Made by a program: the position numbers and the translations under genes
Assembly (NCBI RefSeq): GCF_006345805.1
Contig: NC_043011.1
Coordinates: 24,936,464-25,000,463 of the forward strand
Reading direction: 5' to 3'
Source of the DNA: Octopus sinensis
Lineage: Eukaryota
Length of the DNA: 64,000 nucleotides
Notes under the pieces: model-generated
Databases searched by the model: none
Told to the model about the DNA's origin: nothing
The model's input: only the letters and a program-made list of their open reading frames with translations
Part shown: positions 24,566 through 37,627 of the stretch, piece by piece
How the letters are laid out: each line of letters opens with the position of its first letter
How positions within the stretch are numbered: position 1 is the stretch's first letter

Positions 24566-25718
24566 CTATGAAAATAAAGTACAATGTTTGCAATCTTTCT
24601 ATGTAACATTTAGATACAATCCTAAACCAAATAATAAACGAATTAGAATCAGCAAAAAAAATCAACAGGCCTAGCTTCAGTTGGTGTCCATACAGTAGGT
24701 TCATCTTGACCAACAAAATCATATATAACAAGAAGCTTGCCTTTTTTTACGTCACTTACCACATGTTACCACTTATTTGCAAGGGTATGCTTTTATTGTC
24801 AGAGGTACCACCATCATCATGCCAACTCATTTTCACTACTAGACACAGCAAAACTATAAACATGCATACCATCATTATTAACATCATTTGCACATGCATC
24901 ACATTTTGTCATCTGAAATGGTACCCGAAACATAAAAATAGGACAAATCAAGATCACTTCCAGGACCCAGATTGTTACTGTTACCATCAGACTCCTCTGA
25001 GATAACAAACATTTTGTCTACACTGAATGAAGAACAGAATCCTGTGAACCACTGGGTTCCACCATGTTGCTTTGGAGCATTTAAATTTATAACTACATGG
25101 TTTCGGGTTCAGTCCCACTGCGTGGCACTTTGGGCAGGTGTCTTCTACTATAGCCCCGTGCCGACCGGAGCTTTGTGATTGAATTCGGTAGGTGGAAGTT
25201 ACTGCCGTGTGTGTATGTATGCGTATAGCTGCTCAGTGCCTCTCTGAAAGAGAGAGAGGAACATTCTAAAAATATGCTGTAATGACATGCAAATCATGGG
25301 AATTTCACAGGAAAGCATACAGTAGGGCCATCTAGTGATGCTTTGACACATTAACGTTCAGTATTCAATGACCAGCCAATAAAAGAATGTCTTACATCGA
25401 GCTATGGCAAAAATAAACAAAATATTGCCCTGCCTGTTTACCACTTGCAACCAAAATGTCATTCTGCCTGCAAAAGGGTTATGCATACAATTGTGCCTAC
25501 ATGTAACAACCTAACAGTTACATTATACTTTTATAATCTGGTATCTTTAATGGAATCCATCTCCTTACAAGCACTGAAGCTACGGCTTTAGGCTGAGAAC
25601 AATCAGACAGTCATGGTTTCTCCCTCTCTGTCCCTATCAATTAGTCATCTGAATCTACACACTTTAATACTCTCCATTAGCAACAGAAATGGTGATTAGA
25701 ATTAAGAATTGAATTTAC

Positions 25719-25883
25719 CAGTAGAAACATTGCTCCGTGGTGCACAATTCTTCAAACGGGGATGCAACTGAAAATGGGATTCCCATATACATTTACAAGC
25801 AAAATGCCCAGGCAAAAAACTACGTGTATCTGCTAAATAGCCATAATTTTGTTGTTCATCATCCTCTTCTTCATCTTCTGGAT
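25719..25883 (-). CDS. SZT2: SZT2 exon
   Basis: ttacag|...|gtaaat; ..GYLADTRSFLPGHFACKCIWESHFQLHPRLK; phase 1 to 1. Confidence 0.92.
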
Positions 25884-26203
25884 CTGTAAATGAAAATAAC
25901 ATGCGTTAGGTTTTATATCCAACACACATAAGCAAAGGAAAATGGTCACAAATCAGAGACACTTATCACACAGATGTTCGTTGGATATCAGACAAATATA
26001 CAATAGACAGACAGACATTACATAGACACTCCACCAAATGGTCAAGCCCTTGTTGCAGTGTTGTGGCTTGAAGGGAATAGTAGTCATTTCCTTTGATTTC
26101 TAGATAGAAACAAATAGGAAATAACACTTACTGGCCAAAAAGAAAATAAAATAAAAAACTTTGTTACACAGTGAAATCTGAATGATAAAGGGTTAAAACT
26201 AAC

Positions 26204-26312
26204 CTGTTCGGCCTGCATATCTATCTTTAGTCCAGCAGACATCTTCATCTGCTTCAGGGACAAGTAACACATTACAGCTGTGCGTTGTGTAGAGATCATG
26301 AAGCAGAAACAA
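26204..26312 (-). CDS. SZT2: SZT2 exon
   Basis: tttcag|...|gttagt; LFLLHDLYTTHSCNVLLVPEADEDVCW; phase 0 to 1. Confidence 0.9.
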
Positions 26313-26558
26313 CTGAAATGGTGAATAAAAGAGAGCAGAAAACAAGATTATTTGTGAAACAACAAGTTTAGCATCAGACAGGTTTCCAAACTTATTCAGC
26401 ACAAGGCAAGCTTCAAAACTAGCTAGCAAGTTGCAAGCCCCATTTGCCACAAGACAAGCTACAAAAATTCATTCAACAGTAAATAATCATTTAATGCAAA
26501 ATAAATTCCAAATAGAAATAGGGAATAATAAAATAAAATAAAAATAATAATAATAATA

Positions 26559-26596
<38 letters not shown>

Positions 26597-26625
26597 TAAT
26601 AATAATAATAATAATAATAATGATG

Positions 26626-26655
<30 letters not shown>

Positions 26656-26656
<1 letters not shown>

Positions 26657-27217
26657 TATGCCCTGATGCAGTACCAGGCAGTGGCTCTCATGGCTTCTGA
26701 TCTTAACTGATTGGAAGTGTTATCATGTACATTGTTTTGTCCTGGTATAAAAGATGGGCTACAGCAAATATTCTGCTCAATACCACAGATTTGCTTGTCA
26801 GTTGTTTGACCTTAACCAGTTGAGCATGTCCCTTAGTGGCTGACGATATGTGCATCTCTGATCACGAGCAGAAGTAGTGGGGGAGCATCATAGCCATGTG
26901 TTGAGAAGGATTCTTTGGGGTTTGAATAATTTACCTCTGGAAACATGGGTGTTTCGTTCAACATCCTTAAACAACCCTTATTCAGGGACCTTTTGAGCGG
27001 GATGGGTTACTCGATCTGAAGAAAATTCTAACTGGGCTCCACCTGCAAGGTCATGTGCTGTTTATCTTGATATGAGATCACCATTTCGCGCACATATGGT
27101 TGTGATGCATGTGCCTGGTGTGCCCTTATCAGACGGGTAGTCATGATGGGTATACTGGGCTTCGTATATTTTACCCCAGTGTCACTTTGATGGCATGCTC
27201 TGCTCGCTCACTCAATA

Positions 27218-27252
<35 letters not shown>

Positions 27253-27822
27253 AATAATAATAATGATGATGATGATGATAATAATAATACCAGGTACTGG
27301 CTCTTATGGTTTTTGATCTTCTGATTGGAAGTGTTATCATGTACATGTTTTGTCTTGGTGTAAAAGATGAGTTACAGCAAATATTATGCTCAATACCAAG
27401 GATTTGCTTGTCAGTAGTTTGACCATAACCAGTTGAGCATGTCCCTTAGTGGCTGATGATATGTGCATCTCTGATTACAAGCAGAAATAGTGAGGGAGCA
27501 TCATAGCCATGTATTGAGAGGAATTCTTTGGGGTTTGAATAATTCACCTCTGGAAATATGTGTGTTTTGTTCAACATCCTTAGACAAACCTTATTCAGGG
27601 TCCTTTTGAGTGGGATGGGCTACTCGACCTGAAGAAAATTCTAAATGGGCTCCTCCTGCACGGTCATGCACTGTTTATCTTGATATGAAATCATCATGTT
27701 GCACATATATGGTTGCAATGCATGTATCTAGTGTACCATTATCAGACGGGTAGTCATGATGGGTATATTGGGTTTTGTATATTTGTACCCCAGTGTCACT
27801 TTGATGGCATGCTCTCTCACTC
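26656..27822 (+). mobile_element. Two head-to-tail copies (26656-27213, 27288-27822) of a ~550-bp (AAT)n-tailed repeat
   Basis: The copies are colinear and similar along their length; each ends ..ctcactc(AAT)n; preceded by (AAT)n at ~26544-26654. Confidence 0.85.
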
Positions 27823-27864
<42 letters not shown>

Positions 27865-28576
27865 TGCTTTGGATTTTGACACAAAGTCAGCAATTTTAGG
27901 GGTTGGGGTAAGTTGATTACATCAACCCCAATGCTAAACTGGTACTTATTTTATCAACCCCAAAAGGCTGAAAGGCAAAGTTGACCTTGACAAAATTTGA
28001 ACTCAGAATGCAAAGAGCCAGAAGAAATGCCGCTAAGCATTTTGTCTGGAACATAAACAATTCTGTCAGCTCACCACCTTCTTTAAAATTAAAATGGATT
28101 CAAATTTTGGCACAAAGCCTGCAATTTTAAGGATGGGGGTAAGTCGATTCCATCAACCCCAGTGTTCAACTGGTACTTATTTTATCAACCTCAAAAGGAT
28201 GAAAGACAAAGTCAACCTCAGTATAATTTGAACTCAGAACATTAAGCTGGAAAAATGCCTCAAAATATTTTGCCCAATGATGATGACGACGATGATGATG
28301 ATAATAATAATGGTTTCAAAATTTGTCACAAGGGCAGCAATTTTGGAAGAGGGGATGAGTCGATTATATTGACCCCAGTCAACCTCGGTGGAATTTGAAC
28401 TCAGAATGTAGCAATGGGCAAAATACTGCTCAGCATTTTACCCAGCATACTAACAAATCTGCCAGATCACCACCATTGTTGTTGTTGTTAATAATAATAA
28501 TAATCATCATCATCGTTTAACGTCCGCTTTCCAATATTAATAATAATAATAATAATAATAATAATTTATGACTGAC

Positions 28577-28670
28577 TTGGTTCACCCGCTTGCAGGTATC
28601 CATGACAATTTCACTGACATCAGTTACTAACTGCTTCACATTCTGGGTGACGCACAAATCTTTGTATTTC
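28577..28670 (-). CDS. SZT2: SZT2 exon
   Basis: ttacag|...|gtcagt; KYKDLCVTQNVKQLVTDVSEIVMDTCKRVNQ; phase 2 to 0. Confidence 0.87.
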
Positions 28671-28975
28671 CTGTAAGAGGAGAGGAGACAAAACTGAACA
28701 AAACAGCAAAGAAATGTAAGGCAACAAATATTGACTGACATTATAAAATCCAAAATTTCTTTATCTATGCGTATTTTGTAGCTAAATATAATTGAAATAA
28801 TCTCATAGGTACAGATATGGATGTGTAGTTTTTGCTTTGAAACCTTGTGGTTTCAGGTTCATGCCTGCTGGGTAGTAACATGGTAGAAGTGTCTTCTACT
28901 ATAACCTTGATCGAACTACTGCCTTGGGAGTATGACTGATAAAAAGAAACCACTACATATGCGTGTGTGTGTGTA

Positions 28976-30244
28976 TCAGTTTGATGCAAAAGTAATGTCC
29001 GATTTCTAGAAAAAAAATTTCAGAGCAAATTTATTAATTTTTTAACTGCTTCTTATAGTTTTAAGATATCTTTGTGTCTAATTTGTACTATTTTCTTTCA
29101 GATTATCTAACTTCTGGATATAATTCTCAGAAAATTTTACGACCATGTTTGTCCCATTTAAAGATCACATAAAAAATGTTTTACTCTACGAGTTTCATGA
29201 GGGAGTTAATGCAAGTGCGGCAGCAAGATCTATTCAGAGCACTTATGGGGATGATTTAGTAAATGAAAGAAGCTGCAGGAGGTGGTTTTCCCGTTTCTGA
29301 AGTGGTGATTTCACTTTGAAAGAAGAGTCAAAAGAGGGTCATCCAAAAAAACTTGATTCTGAAATGTTGAAAGCTCTTGTTTCAGAGAACCTTACCGTTA
29401 CCACTAGAGAACTTGCAGAACAGTTAAACATGGCCCATACAACCATGGCCAGCTATAACACCTTGGAATGGTTTCAGTGGCTGGAAAATGGGTCCCTCAC
29501 GAGTTGTCTCCAGAGAATCGACAACAGCGTGCTGCTTGTTGTCAATCATTACTTTCGTGACACTTTCAAGCAACATTTTTAGACAGGCTTGTTACAGGTG
29601 ATGAGAAGTGGATTCTTTACCATAATGTTAAACACTGCCGTTCTTGGATCAGTTGAGGAGGACAGCTAGTTCAACAACCAAGAGCAGGACTTCATCCAAG
29701 GAAGATCATGTTGAGTGTATGGTGGGATATTAGAGGAGTAATCCATTATGAGCTGTTGGACAACAACCAAACAATTAATGCTAATCTTTACTGTGAGCAA
29801 CTTGGTCGTTTGAAAAGAGTTCTGAGCCAAAAGCGAGCATCCTTGGTTAACAGAAAGGGTGTCATCTTCCATCACGATAATGCTCATCCTCACACAGCTC
29901 GAATGACCAAAACTCTCTTGGAAGAACTTGCTTGGGAAATACTACCTCATCTTCCATATTCTCCTGACCTTGCTCCTTCTGATTACCATTTGTTCCAAGG
30001 ACTACAGAACCATTTTGATGGACTTAGGTTAACAACAAGAGAAGAGAATGAAAATGAGTTGGATTCATATTTTGGTTCTAAACCTACAGAATTTTACAAG
30101 CGAGGCATTTATAAGGTTGTTGAAAGATAGAATGAGGTCATTGAAAGCAATGGAGATATGTTAATGAATAAATATTTCCATAGCCATTGGTTATTCATTT
30201 TTACCTTAGATCTTTAAATTGGACATTACTTTTGCACCAACCTG

Positions 30245-30245
<1 letters not shown>
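28976..30245 (+). mobile_element. Full-length decayed mariner (DD34D) transposon
   Basis: TA-flanked TIRs tcagtttgatgcaaaagtaatgtcc / ggacattacttttgcaccaacctga. Transposase from ATG 29145: TGDEKW, MLSVWWD, HHDNAHPH-(34 aa spacing)-YSPDLAPSDYHLF, with a stop and a frameshift. Confidence 0.93.
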
Positions 30246-30277
<32 letters not shown>

Positions 30278-30909
30278 CGTGGCACTCCGTCGGTTACAAT
30301 GATGAGGGTTCCAGTTGATCTAATGGAAAGCCAGCTTGTGAAATTAACGTGCATATGGCTGAGCACTCAACAGACACGTGTACCCTTAACATAGTTCTCA
30401 GGGATGGGTCGGATGGTTTGACCAGGGTTGGAAAGCTGAGGGGTTGAACCAGACTCCAGTCTGATTTGGCATGGTTTCTACAGGTGGATGCCCTTCCTAA
30501 TGCCAAAATAAATGCATGCATGCATACACACACATACACACACACGCACGCATGCACGCACACACACACACACACACACATACATACATACATACATACA
30601 TACATAAGGTTTGTTTACATCCCCATAAACTAGCAGTCTGGCAAAAGGATCGATAAAATAAGTACCAGGCTTTAAAGACGATAAGTTCTAGGACTGATTT
30701 GTTCAACTAGAACCCTCCAAGGCAGTGCACCTAGCAAGGCCACAATCTAATGACTGGAACAAGTAAAAGACATATTTCTAGCATTTGTTTTCCTTATTTT
30801 TTTCAATTTGCTATATGGTTATTTCACATCAAATTATTAGAATGCTAGCATTTGAAATTGAAGTGCAATGTAAAGTAATAAAAAATTGTTTTACATCATT
30901 CAAACTTAC

Positions 30910-31054
30910 CGAGAATGATAATATATTGTGACTTTTTTGGCTTCTACACGTAATATTAACCAAAAGTTTGGCATGGATGATCGTTGTCCACCAGTGTCAT
31001 TAAAGAAAGCTCCATCATCATTGTTAGAGTCACTTGAGTCCCCTTCATAACCAG
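30910..31054 (-). CDS. SZT2: SZT2 exon
   Basis: ttacag|...|gtaagt; GYEGDSSDSNNDD..SMPNFWLILRVEAKKVTIYYHS; phase 1 to 2. Confidence 0.9.
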
Positions 31055-31859
31055 CTGTAAAGTAATGGATGTATAAAACATATCAAGGAATATGTTGAAA
31101 TTTTGCTTTAGTCATTCATTACAAGTAAACAAGAGAAAAAAGTTTTACTTTAGTTCATTATAATAATTTCAATGAATATAGACACAGGCGTGGCTGTGTG
31201 ATAAGAAATTTGCTTCCCAACCACATGGTTTCAGGTTCAATTTCACATCTTGGGCAAGAGTCTTCTACTATAGACTCAGCCTTGTGAGTAGATTTGGTAG
31301 ACAGAAACTGAATAAAGCCCATTGTGTGTGTGCATGTATATATAATAAAGATGAAAGTGTGTGTGTGTGTGTGTGCGTGCGTGCATGTGCACATCTGTCT
31401 GTCTATCTACAGCAATAAATATCACAGCAACTATATAAAAACTAAAAGTTAATTCTTGTGTAAAATTCTATGCCAAAGACAATGGAAGAAGAGGTCCAGA
31501 GTCTCCAGGTGCCCTCCTAAAGGAGCTACAGGGTCCTTTTCCAACCACATTTCTCAAATAGATGACTGGTCTAAAGGCGATAACTAAATGTACTGTAATT
31601 TATTGAATTTAAGTATTACAACGAACAAAAATACAAATAGCTTTCCTAAGACAAATATAGTATGACATTGACAACAGTTGTGCGAAAGAGCAATGATGGC
31701 ACCAAAGAACATTACTGTGAATAATTAATAATGAAAGATTCAAGAAAGTTTTTTTACCAGGAAATGAACAAACAAATCTATAAACTCTGTTGTTGATGAT
31801 TTGGAAATTGTCAATTACCCGGTTCAGTTCTTAAGCTCACTGGAGCCACAAGTAGCTGA

Positions 31860-32110
31860 TCCCTTATCAGGTGGTAAATGCAGAAACTAGAGATAGACAA
31901 TGGTTGATGAGAGCTGTACAAGCTATGTACTGGGATACTACCAGCAAGGTGAGGGTTGGCAATGAGTACAGTGAAGAATTCAAGGTACAAGTAAGGGTTC
32001 ATCAAGGATCGCTGCTCATTCCCCTCTTGTTCGTCATAGTCATCCAGGCAATAACAGAGGAATTCAAGACAGGCTGCCCTTGGGATTTTGAGACTGAGAC
32101 ACCGGTGTTT
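31860..32110 (+). mobile_element. RTE reverse-transcriptase fragment
   Basis: AVQAMYWDTTSKVRVGNEYSEEFKVQVRVHQGSLLIPLLF (RT QG motif). Confidence 0.8.
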
Positions 32111-32764
32111 TGACATGTGTCTCATGAGCCAATAGTAACTGGGCTTTTTGAGCCAAAACAAGCCACTAGCTTTGTTTATGATTTCAGCCAACAAAACTGT
32201 TTGATGATCAGTGCTTATATCTGCCAATCATCATCATCATTGTTTAACATCCGTTTTCCAATCAATCATCTAAGTTCATCAGTCTTCTTCTTGCCATTTG
32301 CAACCTTATCAATAATATGCCCTCTCTACTTTAAGCCTACTTCAGATCTCTGGATCAGGTCTTTACCAAAGGTTAGAGGCTAAACTAATATGAACCACCT
32401 CTTCCCAGATATAAAATTATAGAAGTGTCAATTACAATTTAAAGGATGGCCATAATCCCTTAGCATTTAAACCAGCCATATCTCGGCCAAATATTCTGCT
32501 TGTTTTATGCTCAAACTGGTCAAATCTAGCCTCTTACACCTACTCTACACTGTAATTTGAAAAATACAGAATTACATCATTGAAATCTCAAAGCTAATGC
32601 ATGACTAATTCAAAACGATAGGAATAAATAAGCATTAAAAAGCTAGGCATAAGATGCATCAAATGAGGTGTGCAGGAGAGACGACTGCACTGGTGTAGTC
32701 ATGTGATGTGTATGGACAAGGACAGCTGTATGAAGGTGTGCCAATCTCTAACTGTGGAGGGAAC

Positions 32765-32995
32765 CTATTTCTTTACTGCCCACAAGGGGCTACACACAGA
32801 GGGGACAAACAAGGACAGACAAACGGATTAAGTCGATTACATTGCCCCCAGTGAGTAACTGGTACTTATTTAATTGACCCCGAAAGGATGAAAGGCAAAG
32901 TTGACCTCGGTGGAATTTGAACTCAGAACGTAGTAGCAGACGAAATACCGCTTAGCATTTCGCCCGGCATGCTAACATTTCTGTCAGTTCGCTAC
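32765..32995 (-). mobile_element. tRNA-derived SINE with 13-bp TSD, inserted into an RTE 3' fragment (32640-33320)
   Basis: TSD ctgtggagggaac at 32752-32764 and 32996-33008; minus strand has B box gttcaaattcc and core gactttgcctttcatcctttcggggtc (many copies, e.g. 53868-54045). Confidence 0.85.
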
Positions 32996-33511
32996 CTGTG
33001 GAGGGAACTTGAAGAGTAGACCCAGGAAGACAAGTGACCAGGACCTTTGGCAATATGCTGTGCGTGAATAGACCCATCAAGCCAAGTGAAATTGTAGTTG
33101 TAGCCAATGCTGGTGTCACATTACAGGCACTCATGGTGGTGACTTGTAAAAAGCACTTATTACACTCTTGAAGTGATTGGTGTTAGGAAGTGTGTCCAGC
33201 TGTAGAAACTATGCCAAATCAGACTGGAACTTGGTACAACTCACCAGTTTACCAGTTTCAGTCAAACTGTCTAACCCAAGCCAGCATGAAAAGCAGACAC
33301 TAAATGGTGATGATGATGATACATTTGACAGAGTGTGCTGAATGCTAAAGGGTTAAAGCCAGCCCAGAGTCAAGAACGATGGAGAAAAGTTATCAATGGC
33401 CTTTACTCCAAGAGAATTAAGGGCTGAAGCAAGTAAGTACAACTCTCAGTTGAATGGAATTATAGCCATCAGCCTTTGGTACAGAAAGCCAGCGCCAGTA
33501 CCAAAAACTTA

Positions 33512-33729
33512 CAAGAGGGTGCTGAAAAGTTCCTGGCTTTGGGTAAAAGAAAATACAGGAGGATCAGTTAATTATGATTTTATTGAACATATTCCCCTCT
33601 CAGATTCATGCACTTGTTGCAGCAGTCCTTCAGTTATCCTAAGCCTGATAAAAAGAACTCAGAAGACTGAACCACCAACCAAGCCTTTCACAATACTCTT
33701 GAAGCCAGGAACTTTTCAGCACCTCATTG
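33512..33729. mobile_element. Mariner-derived MITE
   Basis: TA-flanked ~28-bp TIRs caagagggtgctgaaaagttcctggctt / aagccaggaacttttcagcacctcattg; no coding capacity. Confidence 0.85.
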
Positions 33730-34047
33730 TACATTCTGAATATTAACATAAAACTAAATACTTTAATTAGAATATTAATTTTTTCAACATTGATGTGGAA
33801 ATAAATTTTTAAATTATCGATTCGGATGATACGTAAGTACGGTCATTATCAAGATGCGAACATAAACTGAAAGTAATTGTCGATAAATAAATACAGCATA
33901 GTTGTGAGGTTAAGAAGCTCACTTTGCAACCCTGTGGTTCAGGGCTCAGTTCCATTGCATGGCACCTTGGGCAAGTGTCTACTATAACCCCAAGCTGATC
34001 AATGCCTTGTGAGTGAATTTGGTCAATGAAAACTGTGCGGAAGCTTG

Positions 34048-34096
<49 letters not shown>

Positions 34097-34311
34097 TTCA
34101 TCTCACCACCTGACAACTAGTTTATGTCACTGTAACTTAGCAGTTTAGCAAAAAGGACTGATAGAATAAGTTGAAAACTTCACCAAAAAAATAAGTACTG
34201 GAATCAGTTTGTTCAAGAAAATCCTTCAAGGCAGTGCCCCAGTATGGCCATAGCCCAATGACTGAAACAAGTAAAGGATAAAAGATAAATAAAGTATGAA
34301 AAATATCTAAC

Positions 34312-34598
34312 CTTCTTCTGTGTAACTACCACGTGAAGATATCCAAGATGGTGTGGCAGGCATAGTAGAAGGCTGGCTGTAGGCACCCATAGCATTTCTC
34401 TGTGCAGCTGTTGGGGCAGAAAAATGCCTGGCTCGGGATGCTAGTTGAGCTGCCGGTGAGTTCGTTAAGTGTTTGGCAACAGATGTTGTCATGGCAACTG
34501 AAGTTGATGTAGCTGAGGCAGACTCAATGGTTGACAAAGATTTATCTGACCCTGCAACAGTCCGATACTGAGCTCGCCGACTGCCCTCTGCATCAAAG
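34312..34598 (-). CDS. SZT2: SZT2 exon
   Basis: ccacag|...|gttaga; FDAEGSRRAQYRTV..TPSWISSRGSYTEE; phase 2 to 1. Confidence 0.85.
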
Positions 34599-36435
34599 CT
34601 GTGGTGGAATAAAGAAAACATAAACATTAATGAGATTAAATCCAAGATATGCAATTGAATAATCAGGTTGAATCTTTTTTTTAGAAATACAGTGACACAG
34701 AAGACAAATTAAATATGACTAGCTTTTTTATTTTTCTCTGACCCCAGGATTAATAAAGCTGATTGACTTGGTTTCCATGGCATATAACTATCCAAGATCA
34801 TAATGTTCTCCCTAAACAGGACACTGGTCCATTGCAGAACTCAAGGCTAGCAATTTAGAGTTTATGTTATCAACCCCGAAGGGATGAAAGTCAAAGTTGA
34901 AACCATGAGGGAGTTCAAGCCAATGAGGAAGTCTCTATGTGGTCAGTTGACCTGTTAGAAATAGCAGCTAAAACTCTCTCAAATCTCAATCTCATCTTAA
35001 TCACCTTAGGAAGGCATATGTTGAATCATGAGATCCTGGGTTTCCTGTACATAAGGAAAAATGGGATGGTCACAGTTGGAATGCCTTTGATTGTAGTTCT
35101 GTTCTATCATAACTGAACTACAACACCCATCCCCACCAGTCTGTGAATTGAACATGGTTCACCCTGTGTACCACTGGGAAAGGAACAGGCTTCAAGTTTC
35201 ACTATGTTCCAATATATGTAAAGTTTGCAGTGAAGACTCACTGATTATAGGAAACAAGATATAAGAAAGAAATAGAAAGAAATGACAACAGTTATGACAT
35301 GAAATTTCATACCAGTTTTCACAAGGTGGCAAGAAGATCTCACTGGTATAATGAAAACTTCCATCAAGATCCACAGTCTCAGTGAAGCATAAGAACAATA
35401 AACCAAACTCGAACTGAGAACCATGGCACCAATGGATCTAAATTAACTTACTTCTACTCCTTCATCACTTTTTGTAACAGCATATCCTGCTTTATTCTTT
35501 AGATTTCCACTTGCTCAAGACCTTTAGCATTTAAACCAGTCATATCCAGTCCAAACAATCTACCTGTTTTATGTTCAAATCAACTAAATCCAATCTCTGA
35601 CATCTACCCTATGCCATTCCAAAAATAAACAATCACATCATCAAAACCAGAAAGCTATGAGATAATGAGTGATTAATTTAAAACAATGTGAATAAATAAG
35701 CATTACATATGACTGAATATTCTGACAGCTAAAGAGCCAAATCCCCCACCCTACCTCATCCTTGCTCATCTTCTCTTCCTCTTTTGATTTCCATTTTCTT
35801 CTCCTTCTCTCACCAGTTCCCCTCTCCCAGTACTTCTTGCTTATGCATGCACTCACATGTTGTTTTACATTCCCTATGAGTTGCTCCCAGTCGTACTGAA
35901 AGAGAGGATGTAAAAATCATCTGACTTCCCACTTTTTTTTTATCCACATTCTTCTTACCCTGAAGAGGGACTTTGTCCAAAAATATTGAAAAACAAAACA
36001 CCATTACCAATGGCATATATACTAAATTCTTCATTTCTTAGAACTGAAATATACTGATTTCTTTCTCAGGCAAAGCAAAATTTGTTAAGAAGATAGTATA
36101 ATTTTACTAGTGACTATTTTACTGACACCGGGGCTGATAGAACTTGAACCCAAAACAAAGATATTTAAAACTAAATACTGAAATCACTTCAGGTATGCTA
36201 CTGTTCTGGTCTTTGCCACTGAAATAAGTTAAAAGTTTCTGGAAAATGAGAAAAACAGGAAAATATATAGCAATTCAACAAAAGAGACCAATAGAATAAG
36301 TACCAGGTTTAAAAAAGAAAGTACCAGGGTCAATTCGTTAGACTAAAAACTCTTCAAGGTAGTGCCCCAGCATGGCCACAGTCTAATGACTGAAACAAGT
36401 GAAAGATAAAAGATATATTCTAAGAATTTACAAAC

Positions 36436-36648
36436 CCTCCAAAGCTGGATGAGCGTTTCAACACTCCTTCATCGAAGTCACTCAGTAAACTCTGGGTGTC
36501 CACTTTATTGAGTAGTGCTACGCGTTCAGGAGACAAACAACAAACTTCCTTCTGTCCTTTTTCATTGGTCAGATGAATGGAAACATCAGCAACTTCTCGT
36601 TTATCAATCAGCTTTGTTGGACTTCCTCTCCATTCTTGAGGATAATCC
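36436..36648 (-). CDS. SZT2: SZT2 exon (donor uncertain: exon boundary 36436 or 36432)
   Basis: gtttag|GDYPQ-frame: DYPQEWRGSPTKLIDKREV..SSSFG. The gg|gtttgt donor keeps frame with the next exon; the ttt|gtaaat donor does not. Confidence 0.78.
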
Positions 36649-37024
36649 CTAAACAAAAAAAAAAAAAAATTAAAGCCACAGTCAATAACAATATCTACAG
36701 GTACCACACCTAAAGCTTACACATCTTCTGCAATCAATGTTCAAATTTTGCTACCAAAGTTGTATGCATGTATCATGTACACATGTATCTACCCTTCACT
36801 TGAAGAGAATAAGTTTTTCTTTGCTCTGTTTGCCAGCAGATGTAAAAACTCCCTGAATTTTCCCTACCTCATTCTTAATGTGACTACTATGCTTTCAGGA
36901 CATTTTCCTCTACTGTTAATTAGGTTACCTGAGGAGGGATATATTGCCAGTAAAGCAGCTAGGTGGTAGATTTAAATAGTTTATCAGTTTCCCACCACCA
37001 TCACTGCCACTAACCACTAACCAG

Positions 37025-37380
37025 GGAGTGACACTTCTTCACACAGCTCCCCTCATGCATACATAGCACATGACCATACCAGCGCAGTCATCTCTCTTGC
37101 ACACCACATCTGATGCTTCTTATGTCCTACATTTCTCTCAAGGCGCTTACACTCTGTTGTGTGTGCACACTGACATTACACATCCAGCAGATCATACTAG
37201 CTTCATTTCTTTCAAGCCTACGCATGTCTTCAGTGGTCACAGCCCATGTTTCACTGCTGTGAAGCATGGCAGTTTGCACACATGCATCATACAATCTACA
37301 TTTCACTCAGAGCAAGAGACCCTTTGTCACCAGTAAGAAGTAGGAGCTTTCTGAACTTTTCCCAGGCCATTCTTATTCTA
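37025..37380 (-). mobile_element. RTE LINE RT C-terminal fragment (same family as 6845-7340)
   Basis: Colinear with 6975-7320 (gtgacactt..cagccatctctcttgcacaccacatctgatgcttctta..). Confidence 0.8.
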
Positions 37381-37627
37381 GAGGCAATGCCGTCTGAGCA
37401 ACTATCCCCACTACAGACTTGGTCACCTAGGTAGCAGAAGCTATCAACTATTTCTACTTTCTCCCCTTGGCATATGATGGAATCAGTTTTCTGAGCATTT
37501 GTGGTGTTTTATTGGCCCTGTGCATCTGCCACACTGAAGAACATTTCAAAAAAAAAAAAAGAAAAACAGCAAATGGAAAAAAAATTTAAAAAGCTGTTTC
37601 TAAGTCCAACTACACATATAACCTTAC

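Noticed and set aside
27452-27500. CTGATGA...GAAA in the AAT-tailed repeat as a possible hammerhead
   Set aside because: Stems I and II cannot be formed, and the other copy reads GAAG.
26544-27863. Repeat-spacer arrays as CRISPR-like
   Set aside because: Eukaryotic context. The units are microsatellites or retroelement copies without unique spacers, and there are no cas genes.
33810-33890. cggatga..gaaag..gtc-gataaataaa, and ctgagga at ~36929, as possible decayed hammerheads
   Set aside because: The cores are mutated and no adjacent stem I pairing could be drawn.
35954-36033. Exon-like segment LRNEEFSIYAIGNGVLFFNIFGQSPSS
   Set aside because: It starts in phase 1, which fits neither possible donor of the upstream exon.
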